Part shown: positions 28,202-39,797 of the stretch, in pieces
How positions within the stretch are numbered: position 1 is the first letter of the stretch
Layout of the letters: each line of letters starts with the position of its first letter
From: a phage
Direction: 5' to 3' (one strand)
DNA: 64,000 nt
Assembly: GCA_024790105.1 (NCBI GenBank)
Contig: GCA_024790105.1_3053.1
Translations under genes and position numbers: made by a program
The notes under the pieces: generated by a model
Databases searched by the model: none
Told to the model about the DNA's origin: nothing
Seen by the model: the letters and a program-made list of their open reading frames with translations, nothing else

Positions 28202-30181
28202 ATGACTTTATTATCTCCGGGCATTGAGCTCAAAGAAACTACGGTTCAAAGCACCGTGGTTAATAACTCTACTGGTACAGCAGCTTTGGCCGGTAAATTC
28301 CAGTGGGGTCCTGCTTTTCAAATTAAACAGGTTACAAATGAAGTAGATTTAGTTAATACTTTTGGTCAACCTACAGCTGAAACTGCTGACTATTTTATGT
28401 CTGCAATGAATTTCTTACAATACGGAAATGATTTGCGAGTTGTGCGTGCTGTCGATAGAGATACCGCTAAAAACTCATCTCCGATTGCCGGTAATATTGA
28501 ATACACTATTTCTACCCCAGGTAGTAACTACGCGGTTGGAGATAAAATCACGGTTAAGTATGTTTCAGAAGATGTTGAAACAGAATGTAAAGTTACCGAA
28601 GTAGATGCTGATGGAAAAATTAAGAAAATTAATATTCCTACCGCAAAAATTATCGCTAAAGCTAAAGAAGTCGGTGAATATCCAGAATTAGGTTCTAACT
28701 GGACTGTGGAAATTTCTTCATCTTCCTCTGGTTTAGCTGCAGTAATAACTCTTGGAAAAATTATTACTGATTCTGGTATTTTATTAGCTGAAATTGAAAA
28801 TGCTGAAGCTGCCATGACAGCGGTTGACTTTCAAGCAAATCTCGAAAAATATGGAATTCCAGGAGTAGTAGCTCTTTATCCAGGCGAATTAGGCGATAAA
28901 ATTGAAATTGAAATCGTATCTAAAGCTGACTATGCAAAAGGAGCTTCTGCATTACTCCCAATTTATCCAGGTGGTGGTACTCGTGCATCTACTGCTAAAG
29001 CAGTGTTTGGATATGGACCACAAACTGATTCACAGTACGCTATTATAGTTCGTCGTAATGATGCTATTGTTCAAAGCGTTGTTCTTTCAACTAAGCGTGG
29101 TGAAAAAGATATTTACGATAGTAACATCTATATCGATGACTTTTTCGCAAAAGGTGGTTCAGAATATATTTTTGCAACTGCACAAAACTGGCCAGAAGGC
29201 TTCTCTGGAATTTTAACTCTGTCTGGTGGATTATCATCAAATGCTGAAGTAACAGCAGGAGATTTGATGGAAGCTTGGGACTTCTTTGCTGACCGTGAAT
29301 CTGTTGACGTTCAACTGTTTATTGCGGGTTCTTGTGCCGGTGAATCTTTAGAAACAGCATCTACTGTCCAAAAACATGTTGTTTCAATCGGGGATGCTCG
29401 TCAAGATTGCTTAGTATTGTGCTCTCCTCCGCGTGAAACTGTAGTTGGAATTCCTGTAACTCGTGCTGTTGATAACTTAGTCAATTGGAGAACTGCAGCA
29501 GGTTCATACACTGATAATAACTTTAATATCAGTTCAACCTACGCAGCAATCGACGGCAACTACAAATATCAGTATGACAAATACAATGATGTCAATCGCT
29601 GGGTTCCATTAGCAGCTGATATTGCCGGTTTATGTGCAAGAACCGATAACGTTTCTCAGACTTGGATGTCTCCAGCTGGTTATAATCGCGGCCAGATTCT
29701 TAACGTTATTAAACTTGCTATTGAAACTCGCCAAGCTCAGCGCGACCGTTTATACCAAGAAGCTATCAACCCAGTGACTGGTACAGGTGGTGATGGTTAC
29801 GTATTATATGGTGATAAAACAGCTACTTCTGTTCCTTCTCCATTTGATCGTATTAACGTTCGTCGTCTGTTTAATATGTTGAAAACGAATATCGGACGTA
29901 GTTCAAAATATCGTTTGTTCGAATTAAACAACGCGTTTACTCGTTCATCATTCCGCACAGAAACTGCCCAATACTTACAGGGAATTAAAGCTCTCGGCGG
30001 AATTTATGAATATCGTGTAGTTTGCGATACAACAAATAACACTCCGTCAGTAATTGATAGAAATGAGTTTGTTGCAACATTCTACATCCAACCGGCGCGC
30101 AGTATAAATTATATTACTTTGAATTTCGTCGCAACTGCTACTGGCGCAGATTTCGATGAGTTAACTGGTCTTGCAGGTTAA
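28202..30181 (+). CDS. 18: tail sheath protein gp18
   Basis: 659 aa; synteny. Confidence 0.95.
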   Translation: MTLLSPGIELKETTVQSTVVNNSTGTAALAGKFQWGPAFQIKQVTNEVDLVNTFGQPTAETADYFMSAMNFLQYGNDLRVVRAVDRDTAKNSSPIAGNIEYTISTPGSNYAVGDKITVKYVSEDVETECKVTEVDADGKIKKINIPTAKIIAKAKEVGEYPELGSNWTVEISSSSSGLAAVITLGKIITDSGILLAEIENAEAAMTAVDFQANLEKYGIPGVVALYPGELGDKIEIEIVSKADYAKGASALLPIYPGGGTRASTAKAVFGYGPQTDSQYAIIVRRNDAIVQSVVLSTKRGEKDIYDSNIYIDDFFAKGGSEYIFATAQNWPEGFSGILTLSGGLSSNAEVTAGDLMEAWDFFADRESVDVQLFIAGSCAGESLETASTVQKHVVSIGDARQDCLVLCSPPRETVVGIPVTRAVDNLVNWRTAAGSYTDNNFNISSTYAAIDGNYKYQYDKYNDVNRWVPLAADIAGLCARTDNVSQTWMSPAGYNRGQILNVIKLAIETRQAQRDRLYQEAINPVTGTGGDGYVLYGDKTATSVPSPFDRINVRRLFNMLKTNIGRSSKYRLFELNNAFTRSSFRTETAQYLQGIKALGGIYEYRVVCDTTNNTPSVIDRNEFVATFYIQPARSINYITLNFVATATGADFDELTGLAG

Positions 30182-30189
30182 TTGATATG

Positions 30190-30208
30190 GGGGCTTCGGC
30201 CCCTATTC
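30190..30208 (+). terminator. GC hairpin after gene 18 (weak terminator or RNA-stability element)
   Basis: GGGGCTTCGGCCCC hairpin directly after gene 18 stop. Confidence 0.45.
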
Positions 30209-30220
30209 TCGAGGAATCAA

Positions 30221-30838
30221 GTGATTATTTCTAAATTTATTAAAGTGAAAATTGTACCATCAAATTTTAAACATTATCAATCAAAGGGTTATAAATTAAC
30301 ACCTCTTGGAGCGGTTAAACATGGATTTAGGTATTATGAAATTGATGTTAAAGTTGAAGACATTAAAGGTAGTACCGCGTATGTAAAATGCCGTTGCGAT
30401 AAATGTGGAATTGAATATAACCAACGCATTGGAAGAAACACTGATATTTGTCGTGATTGCCGTCATAAAGATAAAATGCGCAATAATTCATATGGTTCCG
30501 CGAATAAAGGAAAAACAGTAGAATGTATGCATGGCGTAAATCATCCAAGATGGAACCCAAATAAATCTGAAATGTGTGAATATATTTCATTGGTATATAA
30601 AGAAACTCGTAAGCATAAGAAAATTTGGTCAAAATGGCCAAATGCTGATAAAATAGGAGTGTGTGGTACAAAAGGCGCTTACCAACTTGATCATAAGGTA
30701 TCTATCAAATACGGTTTTGATAATTTAATTCCTGCTAAAATAATTGGCGGTATTAATAATTTAGAAATAATCACTTGGGAATCTAACCGAGAAAAATCAA
30801 AAAGAAATAGTGTAGATCTTTGGGATTTACTAGAATGA
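30221..30838 (+). CDS. HNH endonuclease with zinc ribbon, inserted between genes 18 and 19
   Basis: CRCDKCGIEY...CRDCRH Cys cluster; HNH-like YQLDHKVSIKYGFDN...NLEIITWESNREKSKRN; probable GTG start at 30221 after GAGGAA (ORF track begins at 30182). Confidence 0.7.
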   Translation: MIISKFIKVKIVPSNFKHYQSKGYKLTPLGAVKHGFRYYEIDVKVEDIKGSTAYVKCRCDKCGIEYNQRIGRNTDICRDCRHKDKMRNNSYGSANKGKTVECMHGVNHPRWNPNKSEMCEYISLVYKETRKHKKIWSKWPNADKIGVCGTKGAYQLDHKVSIKYGFDNLIPAKIIGGINNLEIITWESNREKSKRNSVDLWDLLE

Positions 30839-30844
30839 TTCTAA

Positions 30845-30862
30845 GGCCTGTTTCGGCAGGCC
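30845..30862 (+). terminator. hairpin after the HNH gene
   Basis: GGCCTG tttcg GCAGGCC inverted repeat. Confidence 0.4.
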
Positions 30863-30863
30863 A

Positions 30864-30871
30864 TATAAATA
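30864..30871 (+). promoter_or_regulatory. late promoter TATAAATA (distal, gene 19)
   Basis: exact TATAAATA. Confidence 0.5.
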
Positions 30872-30922
30872 CACTATATCCTTAATTCTTTAATTCTATA
30901 TGCCCTAGGTTAAACATAGGGA

Positions 30923-30930
30923 TATAAATA
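30923..30930 (+). promoter_or_regulatory. late promoter TATAAATA (proximal, gene 19)
   Basis: exact TATAAATA 15 nt upstream of gene 19 ATG. Confidence 0.55.
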
Positions 30931-30944
30931 CTACAGAGGCTAAT

Positions 30945-31436
30945 ATGTTTGTAGATGATGTAACACGAGCGTTTGAATCTGGTGATTTTGCTCGACCTAA
31001 CTTATTCCAAGTAGAAATTTCTTATCTTGGACAAAATTTTACGTTTCAATGTAAAGCCACTGCTTTACCAGCTGGTATTGTAGAAAAAATTCCAGTCGGA
31101 TTTATGAACCGTAAAATTAATGTAGCAGGCGATCGTACATTCGATGACTGGACTGTTACAGTAATGAACGATGAGGCACATGATGCTCGCCAGAAGTTCG
31201 TTGATTGGCAAAGCATTGCTGCGGGACAAGGAAACGAAATTACTGGTGGAAAACCAGCAGAGTATAAAAAGAGCGCTATCGTTCGTCAATATGCTCGTGA
31301 CGCTAAAACAGTAACAAAAGAAATTGAAATTAAAGGTCTGTGGCCTACTAACGTGGGTGAACTTCAATTAGATTGGGATTCAAACAATGAAATCCAAACA
31401 TTTGAAGTAACTCTTGCTCTCGATTATTGGGAATAA
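30945..31436 (+). CDS. 19: tail tube protein gp19
   Basis: 163 aa; synteny. Confidence 0.95.
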   Translation: MFVDDVTRAFESGDFARPNLFQVEISYLGQNFTFQCKATALPAGIVEKIPVGFMNRKINVAGDRTFDDWTVTVMNDEAHDARQKFVDWQSIAAGQGNEITGGKPAEYKKSAIVRQYARDAKTVTKEIEIKGLWPTNVGELQLDWDSNNEIQTFEVTLALDYWE

Positions 31437-31468
31437 AATGAATGGGGAGAAATCCCCATCCTGCTTAA

Positions 31469-33093
<1,625 letters not shown>

Positions 33094-33094
<1 letters not shown>

Positions 33095-33333
33095 TGGAAG
33101 GTTTAATTGAAGCTATTAAATCAAACGACCTCGTAGCCGCTCGTAAATTATTTGCTGAAGCCATGGCTGCAAGAACGATTGATTTAATTAAAGAAGAAAA
33201 AATCGCTATCGCTCGTAATTTCTTAATCGAAGGTGAAGAACCTGATGACGAGGATGATGACGAAGACGAAGATGGTGATGATAAAAAAGACAAAGGCTCT
33301 GATGAAGATGACGAAGACGAGGATGATGAATAA
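33094..33333 (+). CDS. 67: prohead core protein gp67
   Basis: 79 aa with acidic D/E-rich tail. Confidence 0.9.
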
Positions 33334-33758
33334 TGCTTCTGATCCCTGAAACTCATGAATTAGTTCTCGAGAATGTCGAAGCACTTATTCCTGAAGCACA
33401 GGGTCGCTTTGACGAATTGTCTTCTGCTTTAAATAAAGACGATATAAATACAATTGTCGAGAATATGCTTGATGATGAAACTGATTTAGCGGTTGCATTA
33501 GCTTCTATTAATGAAAATATGCCGTTAAATGAATTCATCGTTAAACATGTTTCTGCCCGTGGTGAAATTACTCGCACTAAAGACCGCAAAACGCGTGAAC
33601 GTAATGCATTTCAAACCACTGGGTTGTCTAAAGCAAAACGTAGACAAATTGCTCGTAAAGCTACCAAAACGAAGATTGCCAATCCAGCAGGTCAATCTCG
33701 TGCTCAGCGTAAGCGTAAAAAAGCTCTTAAACGCCGTAAAGCATTAGGATTAAGCTAA
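33333..33758 (+). CDS. 68: prohead core protein gp68
   Basis: 141 aa; synteny. Confidence 0.85.
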
Positions 33759-34396
33759 TGAATGAACCCCAATTACTAATTGAAACTTGGGGTCAACCTG
33801 GCGAAATTATTGATGGCGTACCAATGCTTGAATCTCATGATGGAAAAGACTTAGGTTTAAAACCGGGTTTATACATCGAAGGAATATTCATGCAAGCGGA
33901 AGTCGTCAATAGAAATAAACGTCTTTATCCAAAACGTATATTAGAAAAAGCGGTAAAAGACTATATTAATGAGCAAGTTTTAACTAAACAAGCTCTCGGA
34001 GAATTAAATCATCCTCCACGCGCTAATGTTGACCCGATGCAAGCCGCTATCATTATAGAAGATATGTGGTGGAAAGGAAATGACGTATACGGACGAGCTC
34101 GTGTTATTGAAGGTGACCATGGTCCTGGAGATAAATTAGCAGCTAATATTCGTGCCGGATGGATTCCAGGAGTTTCTTCTCGTGGATTAGGTTCATTGAC
34201 TGACACAAATAAAGGTTATCGTATCGTAAACGAAGGATTCAAATTAACTGTAGGTGTTGATGCAGTATGGGGTCCAAGTGCTCCAGATGCATGGGTAACT
34301 CCTAAGGAAATTACCGAATCACAGACGGCGGAAGCCGATACAAGTGCCGATGACGCCTATATGGCTCTCGCAGAGGCCATGAAAAAAGCGTTATAA
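33758..34396 (+). CDS. 21: prohead protease gp21
   Basis: 212 aa; synteny. Confidence 0.9.
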   Translation: MNEPQLLIETWGQPGEIIDGVPMLESHDGKDLGLKPGLYIEGIFMQAEVVNRNKRLYPKRILEKAVKDYINEQVLTKQALGELNHPPRANVDPMQAAIIIEDMWWKGNDVYGRARVIEGDHGPGDKLAANIRAGWIPGVSSRGLGSLTDTNKGYRIVNEGFKLTVGVDAVWGPSAPDAWVTPKEITESQTAEADTSADDAYMALAEAMKKAL

Positions 34397-34426
34397 ATAT
34401 TATTATCTAAACAACAGGACTACAAA

Positions 34427-35236
34427 ATGCTTAAAGAACAACTGATTGCCGAAGCGCAGAAAATTGATGCTTCCGTTGCTCTTGATAGTATTTTCGAATC
34501 AGTTAATATTTCTCCGGAAGCAAAAGAAACTTTCGGCACTGTATTCGAAGCTACCGTCAAGCAGCACGCCGTTAAATTAGCTGAATCTCATATCGCTAAA
34601 ATTGCTGAAAAAGCAGAAGAAGAAGTAGAAAAAAATAAAGAAGAAGCCGAAGAAAAAGCTGAGAAGAAAATCGCTGAGCAAGCTTCTAAATTCATTGACC
34701 ATCTTGCAAAAGAATGGCTCGCTGAAAATAAATTAGCAGTTGATAAAGGCATCAAAGCCGAACTGTTTGAATCCATGCTTGGTGGATTAAAAGAGCTCTT
34801 TGTTGAACACAACGTTGTTGTTCCAGAAGAATCAGTTGATGTTGTAGCTGAAATGGAAGAAGAACTGCAAGAACATAAAGAAGAATCAGCTCGTCTGTTC
34901 GAAGAACTCAATAAGCGTGACGCATATATCAATTATGTGCAGCGTGAAGTGGCATTGAGCGAAAGTACTAAAGATCTGACTGAGTCTCAAAAAGAAAAAG
35001 TCTCTGCTCTGGTCGAAGGTATGGATTATTCAGATGCATTCTCAAGTAAATTGAGTGCAATCGTAGAAATGGTGAAGAAATCTAATAAAGATGAAAGCAC
35101 TATTACTGAGAGTATAAATACTCCTGATACTGAAGCAGCCGGACTGAATTTCGTCACTGAAGCTGTAGAAGATAAATCTGCACAAAGTGCAGAAGATATT
35201 GTAAGTGTATATGCGAAAGTCGCATCTCGTTTCTAA
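34427..35236 (+). CDS. 22: prohead scaffold core protein gp22
   Basis: 269 aa, E/K-rich helical scaffold. Confidence 0.9.
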   Translation: MLKEQLIAEAQKIDASVALDSIFESVNISPEAKETFGTVFEATVKQHAVKLAESHIAKIAEKAEEEVEKNKEEAEEKAEKKIAEQASKFIDHLAKEWLAENKLAVDKGIKAELFESMLGGLKELFVEHNVVVPEESVDVVAEMEEELQEHKEESARLFEELNKRDAYINYVQREVALSESTKDLTESQKEKVSALVEGMDYSDAFSSKLSAIVEMVKKSNKDESTITESINTPDTEAAGLNFVTEAVEDKSAQSAEDIVSVYAKVASRF

Positions 35237-35254
35237 TTTTAAAGGTTAACACAA

Positions 35255-36820
35255 ATGACTATCAAAACTAAAGCTGAACTTTTGAACAAATGGAAGCCAT
35301 TACTGGAAGGTGAAGGTTTACCGGAAATTGCTAATAGCAAACAAGCGATTATCGCTAAAATCTTTGAAAACCAGGAAAAAGATTTCCAGACAGCTCCGGA
35401 ATATAAAGACGAAAAAATTGCTCAGGCATTCGGTTCTTTCTTAACAGAAGCTGAAATCGGTGGTGACCACGGTTACAATGCTACTAACATCGCTGCAGGT
35501 CAGACTTCTGGCGCAGTAACTCAGATTGGCCCAGCTGTTATGGGTATGGTACGTCGTGCTATTCCTAACCTGATTGCTTTCGATATTTGTGGTGTTCAGC
35601 CGATGAACAGCCCGACCGGTCAGGTATTCGCACTGCGTGCAGTATACGGTAAAGACCCAATCGCTGCCGGTGCTAAAGAAGCATTCCACCCAATGTATGG
35701 TCCAGATGCAATGTTCTCTGGTCAGGGTGCTGCTAAGAAATTCACAGCTCTGGCTGCTAGCACACAAACCACAGTAGGTGATATCTATACTCACTTCTTC
35801 CAGGACACTGGTACTGTGTATCTGCAGGCTTCTGCTCAAGTAACAATTAGTTCTACTGCAGATGATGCAGCTAAATTAGATGCTGAAATTAAGAAACAAA
35901 TGGAAGCTGGTGCACTGGTAGAAATCGCTGAAGGTATGGCTACTTCTATCGCTGAACTTCAGGAAAGTTTCAACGGTTCCACCGATAACCCATGGAATGA
36001 AATGGGCTTCCGTATCGATAAGCAAGTTATTGAAGCTAAATCTCGCCAGCTGAAAGCTGCTTACTCTATCGAATTAGCACAGGACCTCCGCGCTGTTCAC
36101 GGTATGGATGCTGATGCTGAACTGTCTGGTATTCTGGCTACCGAAATCATGCTGGAAATCAACCGTGAAGTTGTTGATTGGATTAACTACTCAGCTCAGG
36201 TTGGTAAATCTGGTATGACCCTGACTCCGGGTTCTAAAGCTGGTGTATTTGACTTCCAGGATCCGATTGATATTCGTGGTGCTCGCTGGGCGGGTGAATC
36301 CTTTAAAGCTCTGTTGTTCCAGATTGACAAAGAAGCAGTTGAAATTGCTCGTCAGACCGGTCGTGGTGAAGGTAACTTCATTATCGCTTCCCGTAACGTA
36401 GTTAACGTTCTGGCTTCAGTTGATACCGGCATTTCTTATGCTGCACAAGGTCTGGCTACCGGCTTTAACACTGATACTACCAAGTCAGTATTTGCTGGTG
36501 TTCTGGGTGGTAAATACCGTGTATATATCGACCAGTATGCTAAACAGGATTATTTCACTGTAGGTTATAAAGGTCCGAACGAAATGGATGCTGGTATTTA
36601 CTACGCTCCATATGTAGCTCTGACTCCGCTGCGTGGTTCCGATCCGAAGAACTTCCAACCAGTAATGGGATTCAAAACTCGTTACGGTATCGGTATCAAC
36701 CCATTTGCAGAATCTGCTGCTCAGGCTCCGGCTTCTCGCATCCAGAGCGGTATGCCTTCTATTCTGAATAGCCTTGGTAAAAACGCTTACTTCCGCCGTG
36801 TATATGTTAAAGGTATCTAA
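35255..36820 (+). CDS. 23: major capsid protein gp23
   Basis: 521 aa; near-identical to recalled T4 gp23 (AEIGGDHGYNATNIAAGQTSGAV..., ends RRVYVKGI). Confidence 0.97.
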   Translation: MTIKTKAELLNKWKPLLEGEGLPEIANSKQAIIAKIFENQEKDFQTAPEYKDEKIAQAFGSFLTEAEIGGDHGYNATNIAAGQTSGAVTQIGPAVMGMVRRAIPNLIAFDICGVQPMNSPTGQVFALRAVYGKDPIAAGAKEAFHPMYGPDAMFSGQGAAKKFTALAASTQTTVGDIYTHFFQDTGTVYLQASAQVTISSTADDAAKLDAEIKKQMEAGALVEIAEGMATSIAELQESFNGSTDNPWNEMGFRIDKQVIEAKSRQLKAAYSIELAQDLRAVHGMDADAELSGILATEIMLEINREVVDWINYSAQVGKSGMTLTPGSKAGVFDFQDPIDIRGARWAGESFKALLFQIDKEAVEIARQTGRGEGNFIIASRNVVNVLASVDTGISYAAQGLATGFNTDTTKSVFAGVLGGKYRVYIDQYAKQDYFTVGYKGPNEMDAGIYYAPYVALTPLRGSDPKNFQPVMGFKTRYGIGINPFAESAAQAPASRIQSGMPSILNSLGKNAYFRRVYVKGI

Positions 36821-36835
36821 TCTTTGACGATTTAA

Positions 36836-36865
36836 GGGACCTTCGGGTCCCTTTAGTTGTTTTTA
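36836..36865 (+). terminator. rho-independent terminator after gene 23
   Basis: GGGACCTTCGGGTCCC hairpin followed by TTTAGTTGTTTTT. Confidence 0.7.
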
Positions 36866-36868
36866 TGG

Positions 36869-36876
36869 TATAAATA
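36869..36876 (+). promoter_or_regulatory. late promoter TATAAATA (gene 24)
   Basis: exact TATAAATA ~28 nt upstream of gene 24 ATG. Confidence 0.6.
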
Positions 36877-36903
36877 AATCATATAAACCAAAAGGAAAGC
36901 GCA

Positions 36904-38184
36904 ATGGCTAAAATCAACGAACTTCTGCGCGAATCAACCACAACGAACAGCAACTCAATCGGTCGCCCAAATCTCGTTGCTTTGACTCGCGCTACCACTA
37001 AATTAATATATTCTGACATTGTAGCAACGCAAAGAACTAATCAACCTGTTGCTGCTTTTTATGGTATCAAATACCTTAACCCAGACAATGAATTTACATT
37101 TAAAACTGGTGCTACTTATGCTGGCGAAGCTGGATATGTAGACCGAGAACAAATCACAGAATTAACAGAAGAGTCTAAATTAACTCTCAATAAAGGCGAT
37201 TTATTCAAATATAATAATATCGTTTATAAAGTATTAGAAGATACACCATTTGCTACCATTGAAGAAAGCGATTTAGAATTAGCTCTTCAGATTGCAATTG
37301 TTCTTTTAAAGGTTCGTCTATTTTCTGACGCAGCGTCAACGAGCAAATTTGAAAGCTCTGATAGCGAAATTGCGGATGCTAGATTCCAGATTAATAAATG
37401 GCAAACCGCAGTTAAATCTCGTAAACTTAAAACTGGCATCACAGTTGAATTGGCTCAAGATTTAGAAGCAAACGGATTCGACGCTCCTAATTTCCTGGAA
37501 GATTTGCTTGCAACCGAAATGGCGGATGAAATCAATAAAGATATTTTACAATCTTTGATTACCGTATCAAAACGCTACAAAGTTACAGGAATCACTGATA
37601 CTGGATTTATTGATTTGAGTTATGCATCTGCTCCTGAAGCAGGTCGTTCATTATACCGAATGGTATGTGAAATGGTTTCACATATCCAAAAAGAATCAAC
37701 TTATACAGCAACATTTTGTGTAGCTTCAGCTCGCGCTGCTGCGATTCTTGCTGCATCAGGTTGGTTAAAACATAAACCGGAAGACGATAAATATCTTTCA
37801 CAAAATGCTTACGGGTTCTTAGCTAATGGTTTACCGCTTTATTGCGATACTAACAGTCCATTAGATTATGTGATCGTTGGCGTAGTAGAAAATATCGGTG
37901 AAAAAGAAATTGTTGGATCAATTTTCTATGCTCCGTATACAGAAGGTCTCGACTTAGATGACCCGGAACATGTTGGTGCATTTAAAGTTGTAGTTGATCC
38001 AGAAAGCTTGCAACCGTCTATTGGTTTATTGGTTAGATATGCTTTATCTGCGAATCCTTACACAGTAGCAAAAGACGAAAAAGAAGCTAGAATAATTGAT
38101 GGCGGGGACATGGATAAAATGGCAGGACGTTCAGACTTGTCTGTTTTACTTGGTGTTAAATTGCCTAAAATTATTATAGATTAA
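36904..38184 (+). CDS. 24: capsid vertex protein gp24
   Basis: 426 aa, gp23 paralog; synteny. Confidence 0.9.
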   Translation: MAKINELLRESTTTNSNSIGRPNLVALTRATTKLIYSDIVATQRTNQPVAAFYGIKYLNPDNEFTFKTGATYAGEAGYVDREQITELTEESKLTLNKGDLFKYNNIVYKVLEDTPFATIEESDLELALQIAIVLLKVRLFSDAASTSKFESSDSEIADARFQINKWQTAVKSRKLKTGITVELAQDLEANGFDAPNFLEDLLATEMADEINKDILQSLITVSKRYKVTGITDTGFIDLSYASAPEAGRSLYRMVCEMVSHIQKESTYTATFCVASARAAAILAASGWLKHKPEDDKYLSQNAYGFLANGLPLYCDTNSPLDYVIVGVVENIGEKEIVGSIFYAPYTEGLDLDDPEHVGAFKVVVDPESLQPSIGLLVRYALSANPYTVAKDEKEARIIDGGDMDKMAGRSDLSVLLGVKLPKIIID

Positions 38185-38185
38185 T

Positions 38186-38212
38186 AAAAGGGACCGTAAG
38201 GTCCCTTTTTTT
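38186..38212. terminator. bidirectional terminator between gene 24 (+) and rnlB (-)
   Basis: AAAA GGGACC gtaa GGTCCC TTTTTTT. Confidence 0.75.
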
Positions 38213-38214
38213 CG

Positions 38215-39219
38215 TTATGATACTAATTCAATCCATGCAGGACGAAGTACATCTTGTACCATTTTAACTAATTCCTTTTTAACCAAAGAAGGATTATCCG
38301 CTTGAGTTAGAGTAATACCTTCACGAGAAGTTTCTTCCAAAATATCTTGAACAGTTAGTCCCATCACCTTTCCAAAATCTTTTGGACCAATTTCACCAAT
38401 TTTAGAAATAACGTTATTTACTCGGTTCAGTGTAACGTAACAAGCTAAAATTCCCACCAATTTGTTATCAGCTTCTGACAGTTCAACTTTAGCTTTAATA
38501 GGCTTATCAGACTTTTTCTTTTCACTAAATTTAGAGTTCTTGCATTTAATTGCTACACGATTGCCATTAGGCATCCAAGAAGGATAACAAGGTTTCAATA
38601 CATATCCTTCAGCGGTAAATACTTCGCCTTTTGCTTCGGCATTCCAAACGCATTTATTTGCATCAACTAATCCAGCATGGTCTACTGTAAAATTATAATC
38701 TTGGACGACAGAATCTAAATCATTTGGCAATTTAATAAGCTCTTCAAATTTACCGCGACCTAAAAGTGGAGCAATTTTAAATTTAAATGTATTGCAGAAT
38801 GATTCCATCATATAATCATCGACATAAGTCACGTCACCACTTTCCGTAGTAACAATAATGTCAAATACATAGAAATCTTTATCACCATAATCAACATTCT
38901 TCTGAATGCCAGGCCCAGCGAATTCACCAAAGACTTGATAAGATACAACTGCTGAAGTTTCCATAATATCTTGTACTGCTTTAATGGAATCAGCGTAATT
39001 CTTTAGAATAATTTCATACCCAAAGAAATCTTCAGCAGGAAGAATAGGACCAGTACGTTTAGCGCAAGTTACTTTATCACGCTCAATAATTAATGAGAAA
39101 TTTGTGCCGTGAATCTTTTCACGAGCTACCCACTCCCCACCAGTCAATCCCAAGCTATAAAGTTTTTCAATGAATTTAGAATTGTAATGATTTTCAAGAC
39201 TGCTATACTTTTTAAACAT
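38215..39219 (-). CDS. rnlB: RNA ligase 2
   Basis: 334 aa; KIHGTN ligase motif I; matches recalled T4 Rnl2. Confidence 0.9.
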   Translation of the reverse strand: MFKKYSSLENHYNSKFIEKLYSLGLTGGEWVAREKIHGTNFSLIIERDKVTCAKRTGPILPAEDFFGYEIILKNYADSIKAVQDIMETSAVVSYQVFGEFAGPGIQKNVDYGDKDFYVFDIIVTTESGDVTYVDDYMMESFCNTFKFKIAPLLGRGKFEELIKLPNDLDSVVQDYNFTVDHAGLVDANKCVWNAEAKGEVFTAEGYVLKPCYPSWMPNGNRVAIKCKNSKFSEKKKSDKPIKAKVELSEADNKLVGILACYVTLNRVNNVISKIGEIGPKDFGKVMGLTVQDILEETSREGITLTQADNPSLVKKELVKMVQDVLRPAWIELVS

Positions 39220-39228
39220 AATTAATCC

Positions 39229-39507
39229 TCAAAATGTAATTTCTAACCAATCACCATCACGCTGATCACTATTGACTTTAAAGCTAAATCCTTCTTTTCT
39301 CAGCCAATCACCAATTTCTTCAGTAATCAATTTATCGCGAGCAGTACAATAATAACTAAAATATGTTTTACCTTGTTCAGCTGCTTTATTAGCAAGTTCT
39401 GAAAAATCTTTAATAAAACACTCTAGCTTAAACTGTTTACTTTTTAATGCTTTTTCACGTAATTGATTAGCAAAAGATTCATTTTCATAAAGATCATACT
39501 GTTCCAT
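39229..39507 (-). CDS. hypothetical protein (T4 24.2 position)
   Basis: 92-aa ORF; synteny. Confidence 0.55.
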   Translation of the reverse strand: MEQYDLYENESFANQLREKALKSKQFKLECFIKDFSELANKAAEQGKTYFSYYCTARDKLITEEIGDWLRKEGFSFKVNSDQRDGDWLEITF

Positions 39508-39709
39508 TTTTCACCTTTTTATTGATATGTCTTTTTCTATAGACAACTTTTTCTCGAGTTTCAAATTTATTCTTAGCAGTCATAGCTCGAGCCCATAATA
39601 CAGCCACTTCTTTCGCCTGTAAGTTTAATTCACGAGCAATTTCAATGAATGACTTTCCAGACTCATGAAGAGTAAACACCACAACCTCAGTTCTCATAAT
39701 CAATCTCAT
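39494..39709 (-). CDS. hypothetical protein (T4 24.3 position)
   Basis: 71-aa ORF; synteny. Confidence 0.5.
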   Translation of the reverse strand: MRLIMRTEVVVFTLHESGKSFIEIARELNLQAKEVAVLWARAMTAKNKFETREKVVYRKRHINKKVKNGTV

Positions 39710-39759
39710 GTTATCGAGTTGGTGCCATTATATACAACATTTTCTGATTGTGTTTTGTG

Positions 39760-39792
39760 TGCTTTCAAAATGAAGAAAGGGGCCGAAGCCCC
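39760..39792 (-). terminator. hairpin terminator downstream of hoc
   Basis: GGGGC cgaa GCCCC hairpin just 3' of hoc stop; U-rich tract on minus strand. Confidence 0.45.
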
Positions 39793-39797
39793 TACGA

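Noticed and set aside
34588-34932. 114-aa Ser-rich minus-strand ORF inside gene 22
   Set aside because: Antisense to the E/K-rich scaffold gene; low-complexity artefact.
35441-35839. 132-aa minus-strand ORF inside gene 23
   Set aside because: Antisense to the major capsid gene, which is near-identical to T4 gp23.
36821-36903. Expected a seg gene between genes 23 and 24
   Set aside because: My recollection of T4 places a seg gene near here, but this interval is only 83 bp and holds a terminator and late promoter; there is no ORF, so none is called. I am unsure of the T4 layout from memory and do not report the absence as a finding.
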